From Halanaerobiaceae bacterium (lineage in GTDB: Bacteria; Bacillota; Halanaerobiia; Halanaerobiales; Halarsenatibacteraceae): a stretch of DNA of 64,000 nucleotides. Of the stretch, positions 19,360 to 28,747 are shown piece after piece. How positions within the stretch are numbered: the stretch's first letter is position 1; each line of letters starts with the position of its first letter. The position numbers were made by a program, and so were the translations under genes. The DNA is taken from the NCBI GenBank assembly GCA_007134885.1, contig SLJX01000060.1:1914-65913 (forward strand), read 5' to 3'. Below the pieces are notes generated by a model. That model searched no databases. It was not told the DNA's origin and saw only the letters and a program-made list of their open reading frames with translations.

Positions 19360-19398
19360 CAGAAGAGGAGCTGAGATGAGATGAGAAGAGAACTGGAG
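19360..19398 (+). promoter_or_regulatory. Second (G/C)AG triplet array overlapping the trpD SD and start codon (candidate TRAP translational operator)
   Basis: CAG is at 19360, and GAG triplets start at 19365, 19368, 19373, 19378, 19383, 19388 and 19396. The SD GAGGAG lies at 19365-19370 and the trpD ATG at 19381-19383, both inside the array. Confidence 0.6.
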
Positions 19399-20397
19399 AA
19401 AGTTATCGAAAAACAGGACCTCAAGCAGGAAGAAATGGAAAGAGTTATTACTGTGATAATGGAGGGGGAGGCAACCCCATCCCAGATTGCTGGTTTTCTA
19501 ATTGCCCTGCGCTCCAAGGGAGAAACAGTTGCTGAGATAACCGGAGCAGCCCGGGTAATGAGGAAAAAAGCCGCCCGGGTAATAACCCAGCGTCGGGGCC
19601 TGGTGGACCTCTGCGGAACAGGAGGAGATGGTTTAAATACCTTCAATATTTCCACCACAGCAGCCTTTGTGGTAGCCGGAGCAGGACTGCCAGTTGCCAA
19701 GCATGGAAATCGATCGGTTTCCAGCAGCTGTGGTAGTGCTGATGTTCTGGAAGAGCTGGGGGTAAATTTAAATTTGAGCCCTGAAGCAGTGGGGTACTGC
19801 CTGGACAAAATCGGACTGGGGTTCCTGTATGCTCCTGTTTTCCACCGGGCCATGAAGCATGCGGTTAAGCCCCGACGGGAACTGGGCGTTCGAACTGTCT
19901 TTAATCTTCTCGGTCCCCTGACCAATCCCGCAGAAGCTGAATACCAGCTTCTCGGGGTGTATGATGAAAAATTAACCGAACCTCTGGCCAGGGTCCTTAA
20001 AAATCTGGGAGTCCGGGGAGCTCTGGTAGTTCATGGACTGGAAGGTCTGGATGAGATCTCAATTACTAACAAAACAAAAATTACTGTCCTCCGGGAGGGT
20101 AAGATAACCGGATACTATCTGGATCCAGGAAAACTGGGTCTGCCAACTGCCGCCCTGGAGGAGATAGCTGCCGGTGATGCTGCTGAAAATGCTGCCGCTG
20201 TCAGAGAAGTGCTCGCCGGTAAACAGGGCCCCCGCCGAAACATTGTTCTTTTAAATGCTGCTGGAGCTCTGCTTGCTGCTGGCCGGGCCGGGGATTTTTC
20301 TCAAGGATTGGAACTGGCAGCCCAAATAATCGATGAAGGACTGGCCCGCAAAAAACTTCAGCAGCTGATTGACCTTTCTAGAAAACTGGCGGCCTAG
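19381..20397 (+). CDS. trpD: Anthranilate phosphoribosyltransferase
   Basis: It reads DLCGTGGDGLNTFNISTTAAFV, KHGNRSVSS and NLLGPLTNP. Confidence 0.92.
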   Translation: MRRELEKVIEKQDLKQEEMERVITVIMEGEATPSQIAGFLIALRSKGETVAEITGAARVMRKKAARVITQRRGLVDLCGTGGDGLNTFNISTTAAFVVAGAGLPVAKHGNRSVSSSCGSADVLEELGVNLNLSPEAVGYCLDKIGLGFLYAPVFHRAMKHAVKPRRELGVRTVFNLLGPLTNPAEAEYQLLGVYDEKLTEPLARVLKNLGVRGALVVHGLEGLDEISITNKTKITVLREGKITGYYLDPGKLGLPTAALEEIAAGDAAENAAAVREVLAGKQGPRRNIVLLNAAGALLAAGRAGDFSQGLELAAQIIDEGLARKKLQQLIDLSRKLAA

Positions 20398-20401
20398 GAT
20401 T

Positions 20402-21217
20402 ATGATTTTAGCTAAAATCATTGCAGTAAAGAAAAAAGAGCTGGCTGCTCTTAAAAAAACCCGGCCACCTGCCAGACTTAAGGCGCTGGCTGCCGGTATG
20501 ACTGAAGAGAAAAAATCGGGCAGTTCCGGCTTCGCTGAGAGTTTAGCTGCTCCCGGTATTTCTCTGATTGCCGAGGTGAAAAAGGCTTCCCCCTCCCGGG
20601 GTGTAATTGCGGAAAACTTTAATCCTGCCATCCTGGCCCGGGAATATCAGAAAGCCGGGGCAGTAGCTGTTTCTGTCTTGACCGAGGAAAAATTTTTTCA
20701 GGGAAGTTTGCAGCATCTCAAAGATGTTGCTGCTGAAATCAATATTCCGGTTTTAAGAAAGGATTTTATCATTGAGGAATATCAGCTCTATCAGAGCAAA
20801 ATTGCCGGGGCTCAGGCTGTGTTACTGATAGCTCGGGTGCTTCAGGAAAAGCTTTCCGACCTCCTCATAAGCTGCCGGGAGTTGGGCCTGGAAAGCCTGG
20901 TTGAAATTCATACTGAGGAAGAGCTCAGGCTGGCTCTCAGGGCCGGAGCAAAGGTAATCGGCATCAATAACCGCAATCTTTCTGATTTCAGTATTGATCT
21001 GGATACTACCCGGAAATTATCAGAGAAAATTCCGGGGGACAGAGTGATTATTGCTGAAAGCGGAATAACAACCGCCCGGGATATTGCTTATCTAAAAGAT
21101 CATGTTTCCGGTTTTCTTATTGGTGAAGCTCTGATGAGGGCAGAAGATAAATCCAGAAAAATTGAAGAACTTTTCGGGAACATCAACTCTTTAGCTCTGG
21201 GAGGTGATTGTCATTGA
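20402..21217 (+). CDS. trpC: Indole-3-glycerol-phosphate synthase
   Basis: It reads IAEVKKASPSRG, LRKDFI, LVEIH, GINNRNL and IAESGI. ATG 20402 is the preferred start. Confidence 0.9.
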   Translation: MILAKIIAVKKKELAALKKTRPPARLKALAAGMTEEKKSGSSGFAESLAAPGISLIAEVKKASPSRGVIAENFNPAILAREYQKAGAVAVSVLTEEKFFQGSLQHLKDVAAEINIPVLRKDFIIEEYQLYQSKIAGAQAVLLIARVLQEKLSDLLISCRELGLESLVEIHTEEELRLALRAGAKVIGINNRNLSDFSIDLDTTRKLSEKIPGDRVIIAESGITTARDIAYLKDHVSGFLIGEALMRAEDKSRKIEELFGNINSLALGGDCH

Positions 21218-21980
21218 GGTGAAGGTCTGCGGCCTTGCCAGCCTGGAAGATGCCCGGCTGGCAGCTCGGGCGGGGGCAGATTATCTGGGTTTTATCCTGG
21301 CAGAAAGCCCCCGCCAGTTGAGTCCCGACCAGCTTATCAAACTGACCGCCGCTCTAAGGAAGGAACTTCCTCCCGACGACTGTCCGGATCTGGTGGGAGT
21401 TTTTCTCAACCAATCCCTGGCTCTGATCAACAGGATAGCTGGAGAAGGCCAGCTTGATTATATCCAGCTGCACGGTTGGGAATCCCCCGAATTCTGCCGC
21501 CAGGTCAGTCTTCCAGTCATCAAATCAATCTCTATCAGGGAGCGAAAATCCCTTGCCAGGATCTCTGACTTTGAAGAGCTTGACCGGCCGGCTGCCGCCA
21601 GTAATTCTTCCGGTAAAGTCTGCCGGGCCGACAAAAAACAGAAAAGTAAAATTCCTCAGAACAACATTACTCTGAACAACAATATAGCCGCTTATCTGCT
21701 GGACACTTATTATCCGGATAAAGGAGGCGGGGGAGGAAAAGGTTTTAACTGGCAGTTGCTTAATGACAGGAGTCTGCAGGAGCTTTCCCGCCGAAAAAAG
21801 GTTTTTCTGGCCGGAGGATTGAGCCCCACCAATGTTCAGTCGGCCAGCCGCCAGCCCAATATTACCGGTCTTGATGTTAGCAGTGGGCTGGAAAAATCCC
21901 CCGGCAGAAAAGATCCTGGGAAAATCAGGAAATTTTTCAAGGTACTAAGAAAAAACTCAATCAAACAAACAGGAGAGTGA
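21204..21980 (+). CDS. trpF: Phosphoribosylanthranilate isomerase, with a ~45-aa low-complexity insertion
   Basis: It reads VKVCGL...GADYLGFI...QLHG...LAGGL.P.NV. The start is ambiguous (GTG 21204 or GTG 21219) and overlaps the end of trpC. Confidence 0.85.
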   Translation: MIVIEVKVCGLASLEDARLAARAGADYLGFILAESPRQLSPDQLIKLTAALRKELPPDDCPDLVGVFLNQSLALINRIAGEGQLDYIQLHGWESPEFCRQVSLPVIKSISIRERKSLARISDFEELDRPAAASNSSGKVCRADKKQKSKIPQNNITLNNNIAAYLLDTYYPDKGGGGGKGFNWQLLNDRSLQELSRRKKVFLAGGLSPTNVQSASRQPNITGLDVSSGLEKSPGRKDPGKIRKFFKVLRKNSIKQTGE

Positions 21981-21985
21981 TAAAA

Positions 21986-23200
21986 ATGTCAGTACACTCA
22001 AAAACAAAAAAAGTAGATCGGGAAACTGGAAAATTTGGAGAATTTGGTGGTCGTTATGTGCCAGAGCTTCTGGTTCCGGTGCTGGAAGAACTGGAAGAAG
22101 CTTTCTATCATTATCAGGATGACCCTCAATTTCACCAGGAATTTGAATACTATCTTAAAGATTTTGTCGGCCGTCCCAGTCCGCTGTATTATGCTGAACG
22201 CCTAACCAAAAAACTGGGAGGAGCAAAAATTTACTTAAAGAGAGAAGATTTAAACCACATGGGTGCCCATAAAATAAATAATACTCTGGGCCAGGTGCTG
22301 CTGGCTAGGAGGATGGGCAAAGAAAAGATTATTGCTGAAACCGGAGCCGGCCAGCACGGTGTGGCTACAGCTACCGTGGCAGCCATGTTTGGTATGGACT
22401 GTGAAATATTCATGGGAGCTGAAGATGTGGAAAGACAGGCTCTGAATGTCTTCCGGATGAGGCTTTTAGGTGCCAGGGTAAATGAAATTACCCGGGGCAC
22501 AAAAACTCTGACCGATGCTGTCGATGCTGCCATACAGCACTGGGTAGAACACTCTGATGATACCTTCTATCTGCTGGGTTCAGCTGTCGGCCCCCACCCC
22601 TATCCCGTTATGGTCCGGGAATTTCAGTCGGTAATTGGCCGGGAAACCCGGGAACAGATTCTGGACGCTGAAGGCCGGCTGCCGGATTATCTTCTGGCCT
22701 GTGTGGGAGGCGGCAGTAATGCCATCGGACTCTTTCATCCCTTTTTAGATGATAAAGAAGTTGAAATGATCGGGGTAGAAGCCGCTGGACTTGGTCTTGA
22801 TACTGATAAACACGCCGCTACCTTTTCCCGGGGCTGTCCCGGTATTATCCATGGCTATAAAAGTTATGTTCTTCAGGATGAAAACGGCCAGATAACACCG
22901 GTCCATTCTATCTCTGCCGGCCTTGATTATCCCGGGGTGGGACCAGAACACAGCTTTCTTAAAGCCAGCGGCCGGGCCAGTTATGAATCTGCCACCGACC
23001 AACAAGCAGTGGAGGCCTTTAAACTGCTTTCCGAAATTGAGGGGATTATCCCGGCTCTGGAAAGCTCACATGCTCTGGCCTATCTGCCCGAATTGGCTTC
23101 GCAACTTGACCAGGATAAAATAATAATTGTCAATCTCTCCGGCCGCGGTGATAAAGATGTTTATACTGTAGCCGAAGAAATGGGAACTGATTTGAAGTGA
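21986..23200 (+). CDS. trpB: Tryptophan synthase beta chain
   Basis: It reads [33 protein letters not shown] and [11 protein letters not shown] 21986 follows AGGAGAG. Confidence 0.93.
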   Translation: MSVHSKTKKVDRETGKFGEFGGRYVPELLVPVLEELEEAFYHYQDDPQFHQEFEYYLKDFVGRPSPLYYAERLTKKLGGAKIYLKREDLNHMGAHKINNTLGQVLLARRMGKEKIIAETGAGQHGVATATVAAMFGMDCEIFMGAEDVERQALNVFRMRLLGARVNEITRGTKTLTDAVDAAIQHWVEHSDDTFYLLGSAVGPHPYPVMVREFQSVIGRETREQILDAEGRLPDYLLACVGGGSNAIGLFHPFLDDKEVEMIGVEAAGLGLDTDKHAATFSRGCPGIIHGYKSYVLQDENGQITPVHSISAGLDYPGVGPEHSFLKASGRASYESATDQQAVEAFKLLSEIEGIIPALESSHALAYLPELASQLDQDKIIIVNLSGRGDKDVYTVAEEMGTDLK

Positions 23201-24060
23201 GCCGGATAAGCAGCACCTTTGCAAGCCTGAGAAGAAAAAACAAAACCGCCTTTATTCCCTTTTTAATGGCAGGGGATCCTGATTATGAGCTCAGCCTGGA
23301 AATAATCAAGACTGTCGATCGCTCCGGGGCCGATTTGCTGGAGATAGGTTTGCCCTATAGTGCCCCACTGGCCGATGGCCCCACCATTCAAAAATCTTCC
23401 CGGCGGGCTTTAGACAGCGGCTTTCAACCCCGGCAGGTATTTGAAATGGTGGAGGATATCAGAAGAGAATCCTCCACTCCTCTGATTATAATGAGTTATA
23501 TCAATCTAATTCATAAATTTGGGATGGAAAATTTCATTAGCCGGTGCCGGCAGAGCGGAGTTGATGGAATAATAGTTCCTGACCTGCCGCCGGAAGAGGG
23601 AGAGGAATTAAAAAAAATAAGCAGCCAGATTGATCTCATCTGGCTGCTTTCCTCCAACAGTCCTGCCGGCCGGATTGACAGAGTCACCCGGGCGGCAGAG
23701 GGGTTTATTTATGCTGTTTCCACTCCGGGAACTACCGGAAGCAGAGAAAAAATTTCACTTGAGATTAAAAATACCATAAGTAAGATCAAAGAGATAAGAA
23801 AAATTCCAGTCTGTGTTGGTTTTGGAGTCTCCCGTCCAGAACAGGTAAACTCTCTGGCAGAATTTGCTGATGGGGTGATCGTCGGTAGTGCAATTATTGA
23901 GGTCATTGAAAGGGCAGTAAATTCTTCTCCCGGTGATATTGAAGATGCTGATTCCGGTGAAGATGCTGAAATTAAAGAAAAGAGCCCTGCTTCAATTAAC
24001 CAGCAGAATTTGCTGAGTCAGCTGGAAGAATTCATCATAAATCTGACCGAACCTCTCTAA
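23197..24060 (+). CDS. trpA: Tryptophan synthase alpha chain, with an acidic C-terminal extension
   Basis: It reads [28 protein letters not shown] and GFGVS. The GTG start overlaps the trpB stop. Confidence 0.9.
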   Translation: MSRISSTFASLRRKNKTAFIPFLMAGDPDYELSLEIIKTVDRSGADLLEIGLPYSAPLADGPTIQKSSRRALDSGFQPRQVFEMVEDIRRESSTPLIIMSYINLIHKFGMENFISRCRQSGVDGIIVPDLPPEEGEELKKISSQIDLIWLLSSNSPAGRIDRVTRAAEGFIYAVSTPGTTGSREKISLEIKNTISKIKEIRKIPVCVGFGVSRPEQVNSLAEFADGVIVGSAIIEVIERAVNSSPGDIEDADSGEDAEIKEKSPASINQQNLLSQLEEFIINLTEPL

Positions 24061-24129
24061 TTTAATAAAAAGATTGTTTAACTTCTATGTTCTGCTGGTC
24101 TCTCACAGGGGGCAGGGGGAGCCTGCTCT

Positions 24130-24639
24130 TTACTGACTGTCTTTGTCCTTATCTTCGCTTTTTTCAGTTTCCTCTTCCAGTTTCTCCTGTTCTCCGGTTT
24201 CTTCATTTTCCTGTTCCAGTTCTGGTTCTTCCAGGGCTGGTTCGGTCATTTCCGGCATTTCAATTCCCAGCACATTAACGTTAACAGCCTGAACATCAGC
24301 TCCGGTGACTGTTTCCAGAGCCTCTTTAACCTTCAGCTGCACCTGCCTGGTTACATCCGGAATTTTAACCTTATACTTAACAATCAAATTCAAATCAACT
24401 GTCAGGCCCTCTTCAGTCTCCTCAATTTTAACTCCTTTGGTAATATTTTTCCGACCCAAAATTTTAGCTATTCCTCCAGCCAGACCTCCGCTCATAGCTG
24501 CTACACCCTCAACATCCAGAGTGGCATTTCCCGCAGTTATAGCATATACTTCCTCAGCAATATTCATTTTTCCCAGCCTGTCATCATTTTTATCATTCAA
24601 GTTATTTTCATTATTATCCGGCTTTTTTTTATCTGACAT
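24130..24639 (-). CDS. Asp23/Gls24 family envelope stress protein with an acidic tail
   Basis: It reads IAEEVYAITAGNATLDVEGVAAM...GVKIE...VDLNLIVKYKVKIPDV...V..A. The C-terminus is E/P-rich. Confidence 0.8.
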   Translation of the reverse strand: MSDKKKPDNNENNLNDKNDDRLGKMNIAEEVYAITAGNATLDVEGVAAMSGGLAGGIAKILGRKNITKGVKIEETEEGLTVDLNLIVKYKVKIPDVTRQVQLKVKEALETVTGADVQAVNVNVLGIEMPEMTEPALEEPELEQENEETGEQEKLEEETEKSEDKDKDSQ

Positions 24640-24919
24640 TTCTATCCCTCCAGTTAGTAGTTAATAATTTAATCTCTAGTGTTTCACTTCAGTGTTTAAC
24701 TTCTGATTATATTAAATCACATTTATCCCGGGATATCAATAAAATATATAATAAATGATATTTTGGGGAGGCCTTATTGAAAATATCTAGAAATATATAT
24801 AAAAGAATTAAGAATTGACTTGGAAAAGAAATTTAAATAGTAAGATTTAATTTGATTGTCAGGCTCTCATTCTTAAACTTGAAATTTAAAGCCAAATAGG
24901 TCTGGAGGGGATTTAAAAA

Positions 24920-25849
24920 ATGAAAAGCCTACTTAAAAAACTGGTGATTGTGCTTTTTGTCCTGGTTGTTGCCGGCGCTATTACCGGGCTGATTTACCTG
25001 TCCTTCCTGGAGGAAGAGCCGGTGGAGGATGGGGTGGCCCGCCTGACACTGCAGGGCCCGATCCAGGAGGGGGTGGCGGGTTTTACCGTGACAGTAATTT
25101 CCCCTGACCGGGTGGACAGCAAACTGAGGCAGGCAGAGCGCTACCCCGGCGTTGAAGCCCTGGTTATCCGGCTGGAAAGCCCGGGAGGGGCGATTGGGGC
25201 TTCCCAGGAAATTTACAGCCTGATTGCTGATTTTGGCCTGCCGGTGGTAATCTCAATGGGCGACATGGCGGCTTCGGGAGGCTATTATGTATCAGCTGCC
25301 GCCGATGCCATAGTTGCCCAGCCGGGGTCCATGACAGGTTCTATCGGTGTTATTTCTACCTTCTTTGACCCGGAAGGGCTCTTTGAAATGATCGGGCTGG
25401 AGAGGGAGATTATCACTTCCGGGGAGCACAAGGATATGTTTTCCCGCGCGCTGACCGAGGAGGAGAGAGAAAAGATGCAGGCCTTCTCTGACGAGGCCTA
25501 CAGCCAGTTTATTGCCGATGTAGCTGCCGGCCGGGATATGGAAGAGGAAGCTGTCCGGGAGCTGGCCACAGGGGAAATTTTCCTGGGGAGCCAGGCCCTG
25601 GAATACGGGCTGGTAGATAAACTGGGCGGCAGGCTGGAGGCCCTGGAGCTGGCTGGCGAGCTGGCAGAAATTGAGGACCCGCAGTATGTAGAGCTGCCTG
25701 AGCCTTCACTCTTTCAGCAGCTAATGGGGACAGCTATCCGGCTGCCGGAGATTATCTCCCGCTCCCTGGCTGAGCCCGAGCTGGTGATATTTGAAGATAT
25801 CCGGGACGGATTAAGCCCGGTGGTTGAATACCGGGTCCCGGGATTTTAG
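24920..25849 (+). CDS. sppA: Signal peptide peptidase SppA (36K type)
   Basis: It has an N-terminal TM segment and reads LESPGG, MGDMAASGGYY and GSIGV. Confidence 0.85.
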   Translation: MKSLLKKLVIVLFVLVVAGAITGLIYLSFLEEEPVEDGVARLTLQGPIQEGVAGFTVTVISPDRVDSKLRQAERYPGVEALVIRLESPGGAIGASQEIYSLIADFGLPVVISMGDMAASGGYYVSAAADAIVAQPGSMTGSIGVISTFFDPEGLFEMIGLEREIITSGEHKDMFSRALTEEEREKMQAFSDEAYSQFIADVAAGRDMEEEAVRELATGEIFLGSQALEYGLVDKLGGRLEALELAGELAEIEDPQYVELPEPSLFQQLMGTAIRLPEIISRSLAEPELVIFEDIRDGLSPVVEYRVPGF

Positions 25850-25860
25850 GGTGGCTGGCC

Positions 25861-26094
25861 ATGAAAGCCTTTATCCTAATTTTAAATATTATCCCGGGCC
25901 TGCCAGGCACCCCGGGCATAGCAGGGGGCCTCAATATGGGCTGGGCCAATGAAAAGATGGGCTGGCAGGAAAAGTTGGGCCGCTTAAATATAAATTTAGC
26001 CTGGTTAGGTTGCCTGGGTTGGATTAATATCATGTCAGGGCGGTGGGGCCGGCTCAACATAAAACTGGCCCGATATAGGGATGGTGCAATATGA
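25861..26094 (+). CDS. Possible small protein (77 aa) with internal GRLNI[NK]LA repeats
   Basis: ATG lies 6 nt after AGGGTGG, and the stop overlaps the next ATG (ATGA at 26091-26094). However, the DNA is repetitive, so coding is uncertain. Confidence 0.3.
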   Translation: MKAFILILNIIPGLPGTPGIAGGLNMGWANEKMGWQEKLGRLNINLAWLGCLGWINIMSGRWGRLNIKLARYRDGAI

Positions 26095-26741
26095 AGGCTA
26101 AAACCGGTTTTGAGCCTGTAAATCCAAATAGTCCAGGAACAGGCGGCAAACCAGCAGGAGAGGCTGATTATGGAAACCCCGGCCTGTTTGAGGCCCTGTA
26201 CGGGATTCTTTTTCAGCCCCTCCCGGCAATCAAAAAGATAGTTTCAGCCGAGCCTGTCAGCCTGGCGGTATTTATCTCTTTTTTGGCTTCCCTGATGATT
26301 TTTACTCCCCAAATAGCAGACAGAGCTGTCCTTTATCCGGATCCTGCCCCGGTTATGCTGCTGGCTTTTCTGGCAGCCGTAGCCAATTTGCTGCTGCTTT
26401 TTATTGGGGCCCTGTTTTTCACCCTCTTTGCCAGGTTCCTGGGCGGGGATAGCAATTATTTTGGCTTCTTTGCTGCTGCCGGGATATCCCAGTTTGTTTT
26501 TTTCCTTTACCCGGTGGCAGTTTTTATCTCCCGCCTGGCCGGCCTGCCCGCTTACCTGGGCATTTTTCTGAGGACTGTGCTGCTGGCCTGGTATTACCTG
26601 CTTTTTCTCCTTTCTTTAAGGGAAAGCCAGAATTTTTCCAGCTTCAGGGCGGTCCTGACGGTGGTGGGCACCGTGGCTGCCTGTGCTGCCCTGGTTTTTC
26701 TGCTGGGGGCCGGGGCCCTGGCTTTAGTGTTTTCCCTCTAG
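26091..26741 (+). CDS. Polytopic membrane protein (Yip1-domain-like, tentative)
   Basis: It is 216 aa with about 5 hydrophobic segments after a G/P-rich N-terminus. The family call is tentative. Confidence 0.5.
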   Translation: MKAKTGFEPVNPNSPGTGGKPAGEADYGNPGLFEALYGILFQPLPAIKKIVSAEPVSLAVFISFLASLMIFTPQIADRAVLYPDPAPVMLLAFLAAVANLLLLFIGALFFTLFARFLGGDSNYFGFFAAAGISQFVFFLYPVAVFISRLAGLPAYLGIFLRTVLLAWYYLLFLLSLRESQNFSSFRAVLTVVGTVAACAALVFLLGAGALALVFSL

Positions 26742-26747
26742 CCTGGC

Positions 26748-27086
26748 AGTTTAATGCTTAATTGACTGGTGTTGAGGAGATTAACAGCAGTCAGTTTAAT
26801 CCTAAATTGACTGCTATCGTATTGTTTTTAGGTTGATCTTAAATTAATCTTGAGTAGATCCTAAATTAATCTTGGGTTGGCCCTAAATTAATCTTGAGTT
26901 GAGCTTGTATTAGTATTGATTTTGTATTATATTTTAATATTGTTTTGATGTTGGGCAGTTTAATAAAGATGTTGGGCAGTTCAATAAAAAGGAGATTATT
27001 TTTAATAGGCTGCTAAAACAGCCTGCTAAACCAGATAGGTGCCAAGGCAATTAGTGCTGGTTAGGTTAAGGCTGGTTAGGTTCTAT
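26748..27086. repeat. Mosaic of short tandem/direct duplications in an ORF-free spacer
   Basis: The spacer contains five repeat sets:
- a 22-bp unit at 26748-26769 repeated at 26793-26814
- three tandem ~22-bp units at 26836-26857, 26858-26880 and 26881-26903 (consensus CCTAAATTAATCTTGRGTTG)
- two tandem 21-bp units at 26948-26968 and 26969-26989
- a ~12-bp doublet at 27009-27033
- two tandem 15-bp units at 27057-27071 and 27072-27086. Confidence 0.85.
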
Positions 27087-27154
27087 TCCAGCAGCATGAG
27101 GTAACTACGGGCCAGGGATAGTGGTAAAAATTAGAGGAAAAGGGGAAGTGCCGC

Positions 27155-28414
27155 ATGAGAAGTGACAGCAGGATTAACATCCGCCAATTCGACCTGGAGC
27201 AGGATTTCCAGGCTGCCCTCAATGTCTGGCGGGAAGTTGGCTGGCTGGAAAGCGCCAAGCCGGAGGAGAATGAGGGGATAAAGCATATGTTTGAGGCTTC
27301 GGAGTTCTTGGTGGGGGAGGTTGATTCCCGGCTGGAGGCTACCACCGGGTTTATCCCGGCAGGCCTTAACTATCTGGGCCGGGAGCTGAGCCTCCATGCT
27401 CTGACCGGCGTGGTGGTAAGCCCGCTGGCCAGGAAGCAGGGGCTGGCAGGCCGCCTGGTAGCCAATTCCCTGCAGCAGGGGGCCCTGAGGGGAGATGCCC
27501 TCTCAGCCCTGCTGATGTTTGAGCAGGGCTATTACAACCACCTGGGTTACGGGACCGGGAGCTATGAGCATATCTTTACCTTTGACCCCGCCCACCTCAA
27601 GGTTAGCTGTAAGCCGGCCATCCCGGAAAGGCTTACTGCCGAAGACTGGGAGGCTATCCACCAATCCTGGCTTAAGCGCAGGAAAGCTCATGGCTTTGCC
27701 ACCCCCGGGCACCCGGGGATAATCCGGGACACCCTTTCCTGGAAGAAGGAGAAAAGCTACGGGCTGGGCTACCGCAACGCCAGCAAGGAAATAACCCATA
27801 TGATGTGGCTTGTCAGGGAGAAGGGCTCCCACGGGCCCCTGGATGTTGCCTTTTTAACCTACCGGAACTACGAGCAGTTTCTGGAGCTGCTGGCACTTTT
27901 GAAAAACCAGGCCGACCAGGTTTTTGCAGTTAAGCTTAAGGAGCCGGCCGGCATCCAGCTTAGGGACCTGATCAAGCTGCCCCACAAGCAGTCTGAGGTT
28001 ACCAGGGGCAGCGATTATAAGTACCAGTCCCGGGCAGAAGCTTACTGGCAGGTCAGGGTTTTGGACCTTAAAAAGTGCCTTCAGGCGGCCTCCCTGCCCG
28101 GCCCGGAAATTAGCTTTAACCTGGAGCTTTCCGACCCGGTGGAAAAATACCTGAAGCCTGCTGATGAATGGCAGGGCCTGGCGGGCAGGTACGCTGTTAC
28201 CCTGGGCCAAAATTCCAGCATCGCAGAGGGCTTTAAGGAGGGACTGCCGGTTATGGAATGCACGGTAAATGCCTTCTCCCGGCTCTGGCTGGGCGTGCTG
28301 AGCCCTGCCTCATTGAGCAGGACAGATGAGCTGGCAGCCCCAGCGGTGCTCCTGCAGGGCCTGGGCCGCCTGCTGGCCCTGCTGCCCCGCCCCCAGCTGG
28401 ACTGGGAATTTTAA
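27155..28414 (+). CDS. GNAT N-acetyltransferase, Eis-like architecture (GNAT + SCP2-like C-terminal domain)
   Basis: It is 419 aa. GVVVSPLARKQGLAGRLV...MFEQGYYNHLGYG matches the remembered Eis-family acetyl-CoA motif (V.V.P..RRRG...........G.Y.RFGYG). Confidence 0.7.
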   Translation: MRSDSRINIRQFDLEQDFQAALNVWREVGWLESAKPEENEGIKHMFEASEFLVGEVDSRLEATTGFIPAGLNYLGRELSLHALTGVVVSPLARKQGLAGRLVANSLQQGALRGDALSALLMFEQGYYNHLGYGTGSYEHIFTFDPAHLKVSCKPAIPERLTAEDWEAIHQSWLKRRKAHGFATPGHPGIIRDTLSWKKEKSYGLGYRNASKEITHMMWLVREKGSHGPLDVAFLTYRNYEQFLELLALLKNQADQVFAVKLKEPAGIQLRDLIKLPHKQSEVTRGSDYKYQSRAEAYWQVRVLDLKKCLQAASLPGPEISFNLELSDPVEKYLKPADEWQGLAGRYAVTLGQNSSIAEGFKEGLPVMECTVNAFSRLWLGVLSPASLSRTDELAAPAVLLQGLGRLLALLPRPQLDWEF

Positions 28415-28599
28415 GCTTTAGTTTTGATTTTAGATAATATAATGAAACTGCTCAGCTAAAAAAAATGATAAAAAAAGATATTTGAATAATTATTTCTGCC
28501 AGAACTGCTGCCCGGCAGGTATTGTAATTTTAAATTTTGTTAAATTAGGCTTTATAAACTGAAACCAGGAATTTTTAAGCAAATGCCTTCCCTGTGAAA

Positions 28600-28695
28600 A
28601 GTCATTTTACTAGCAATTTGATTGACAGGATGACTGATGTGAAGGGGATTATAGCTTCGAAATTTTGATATTACCGACTTTATGCAGTGCAATCA
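28600..28695 (+). repeat. Copy A of a ~95-bp dispersed conserved element (contains TTGATA-17 nt-TGCAAT)
   Basis: It aligns by eye with 53263-53356. The shared runs are AGTCATTTT, TTGACAGGA, TTCGAAATTT and CTTTATGCAGTGCAATCA. Confidence 0.8.
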
Positions 28696-28747
28696 GTAAA
28701 TTGAATCTTTAAGCAAATAAAATTATATAAGTGAAGCGGGAGATAAC

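Noticed and set aside
25752-26060. A 102-aa Pro-rich minus-strand ORF. The ORF at 25509-25709 (-) is similar.
   Set aside because: These are open frames expected by chance in GC-rich DNA. They overlap the end of sppA and have no RBS.
26836-26903. Possible CRISPR array (three ~22-bp direct repeats).
   Set aside because: The units are directly tandem with no unique spacers, they are shorter than typical CRISPR repeats, and no cas genes are present in the window.
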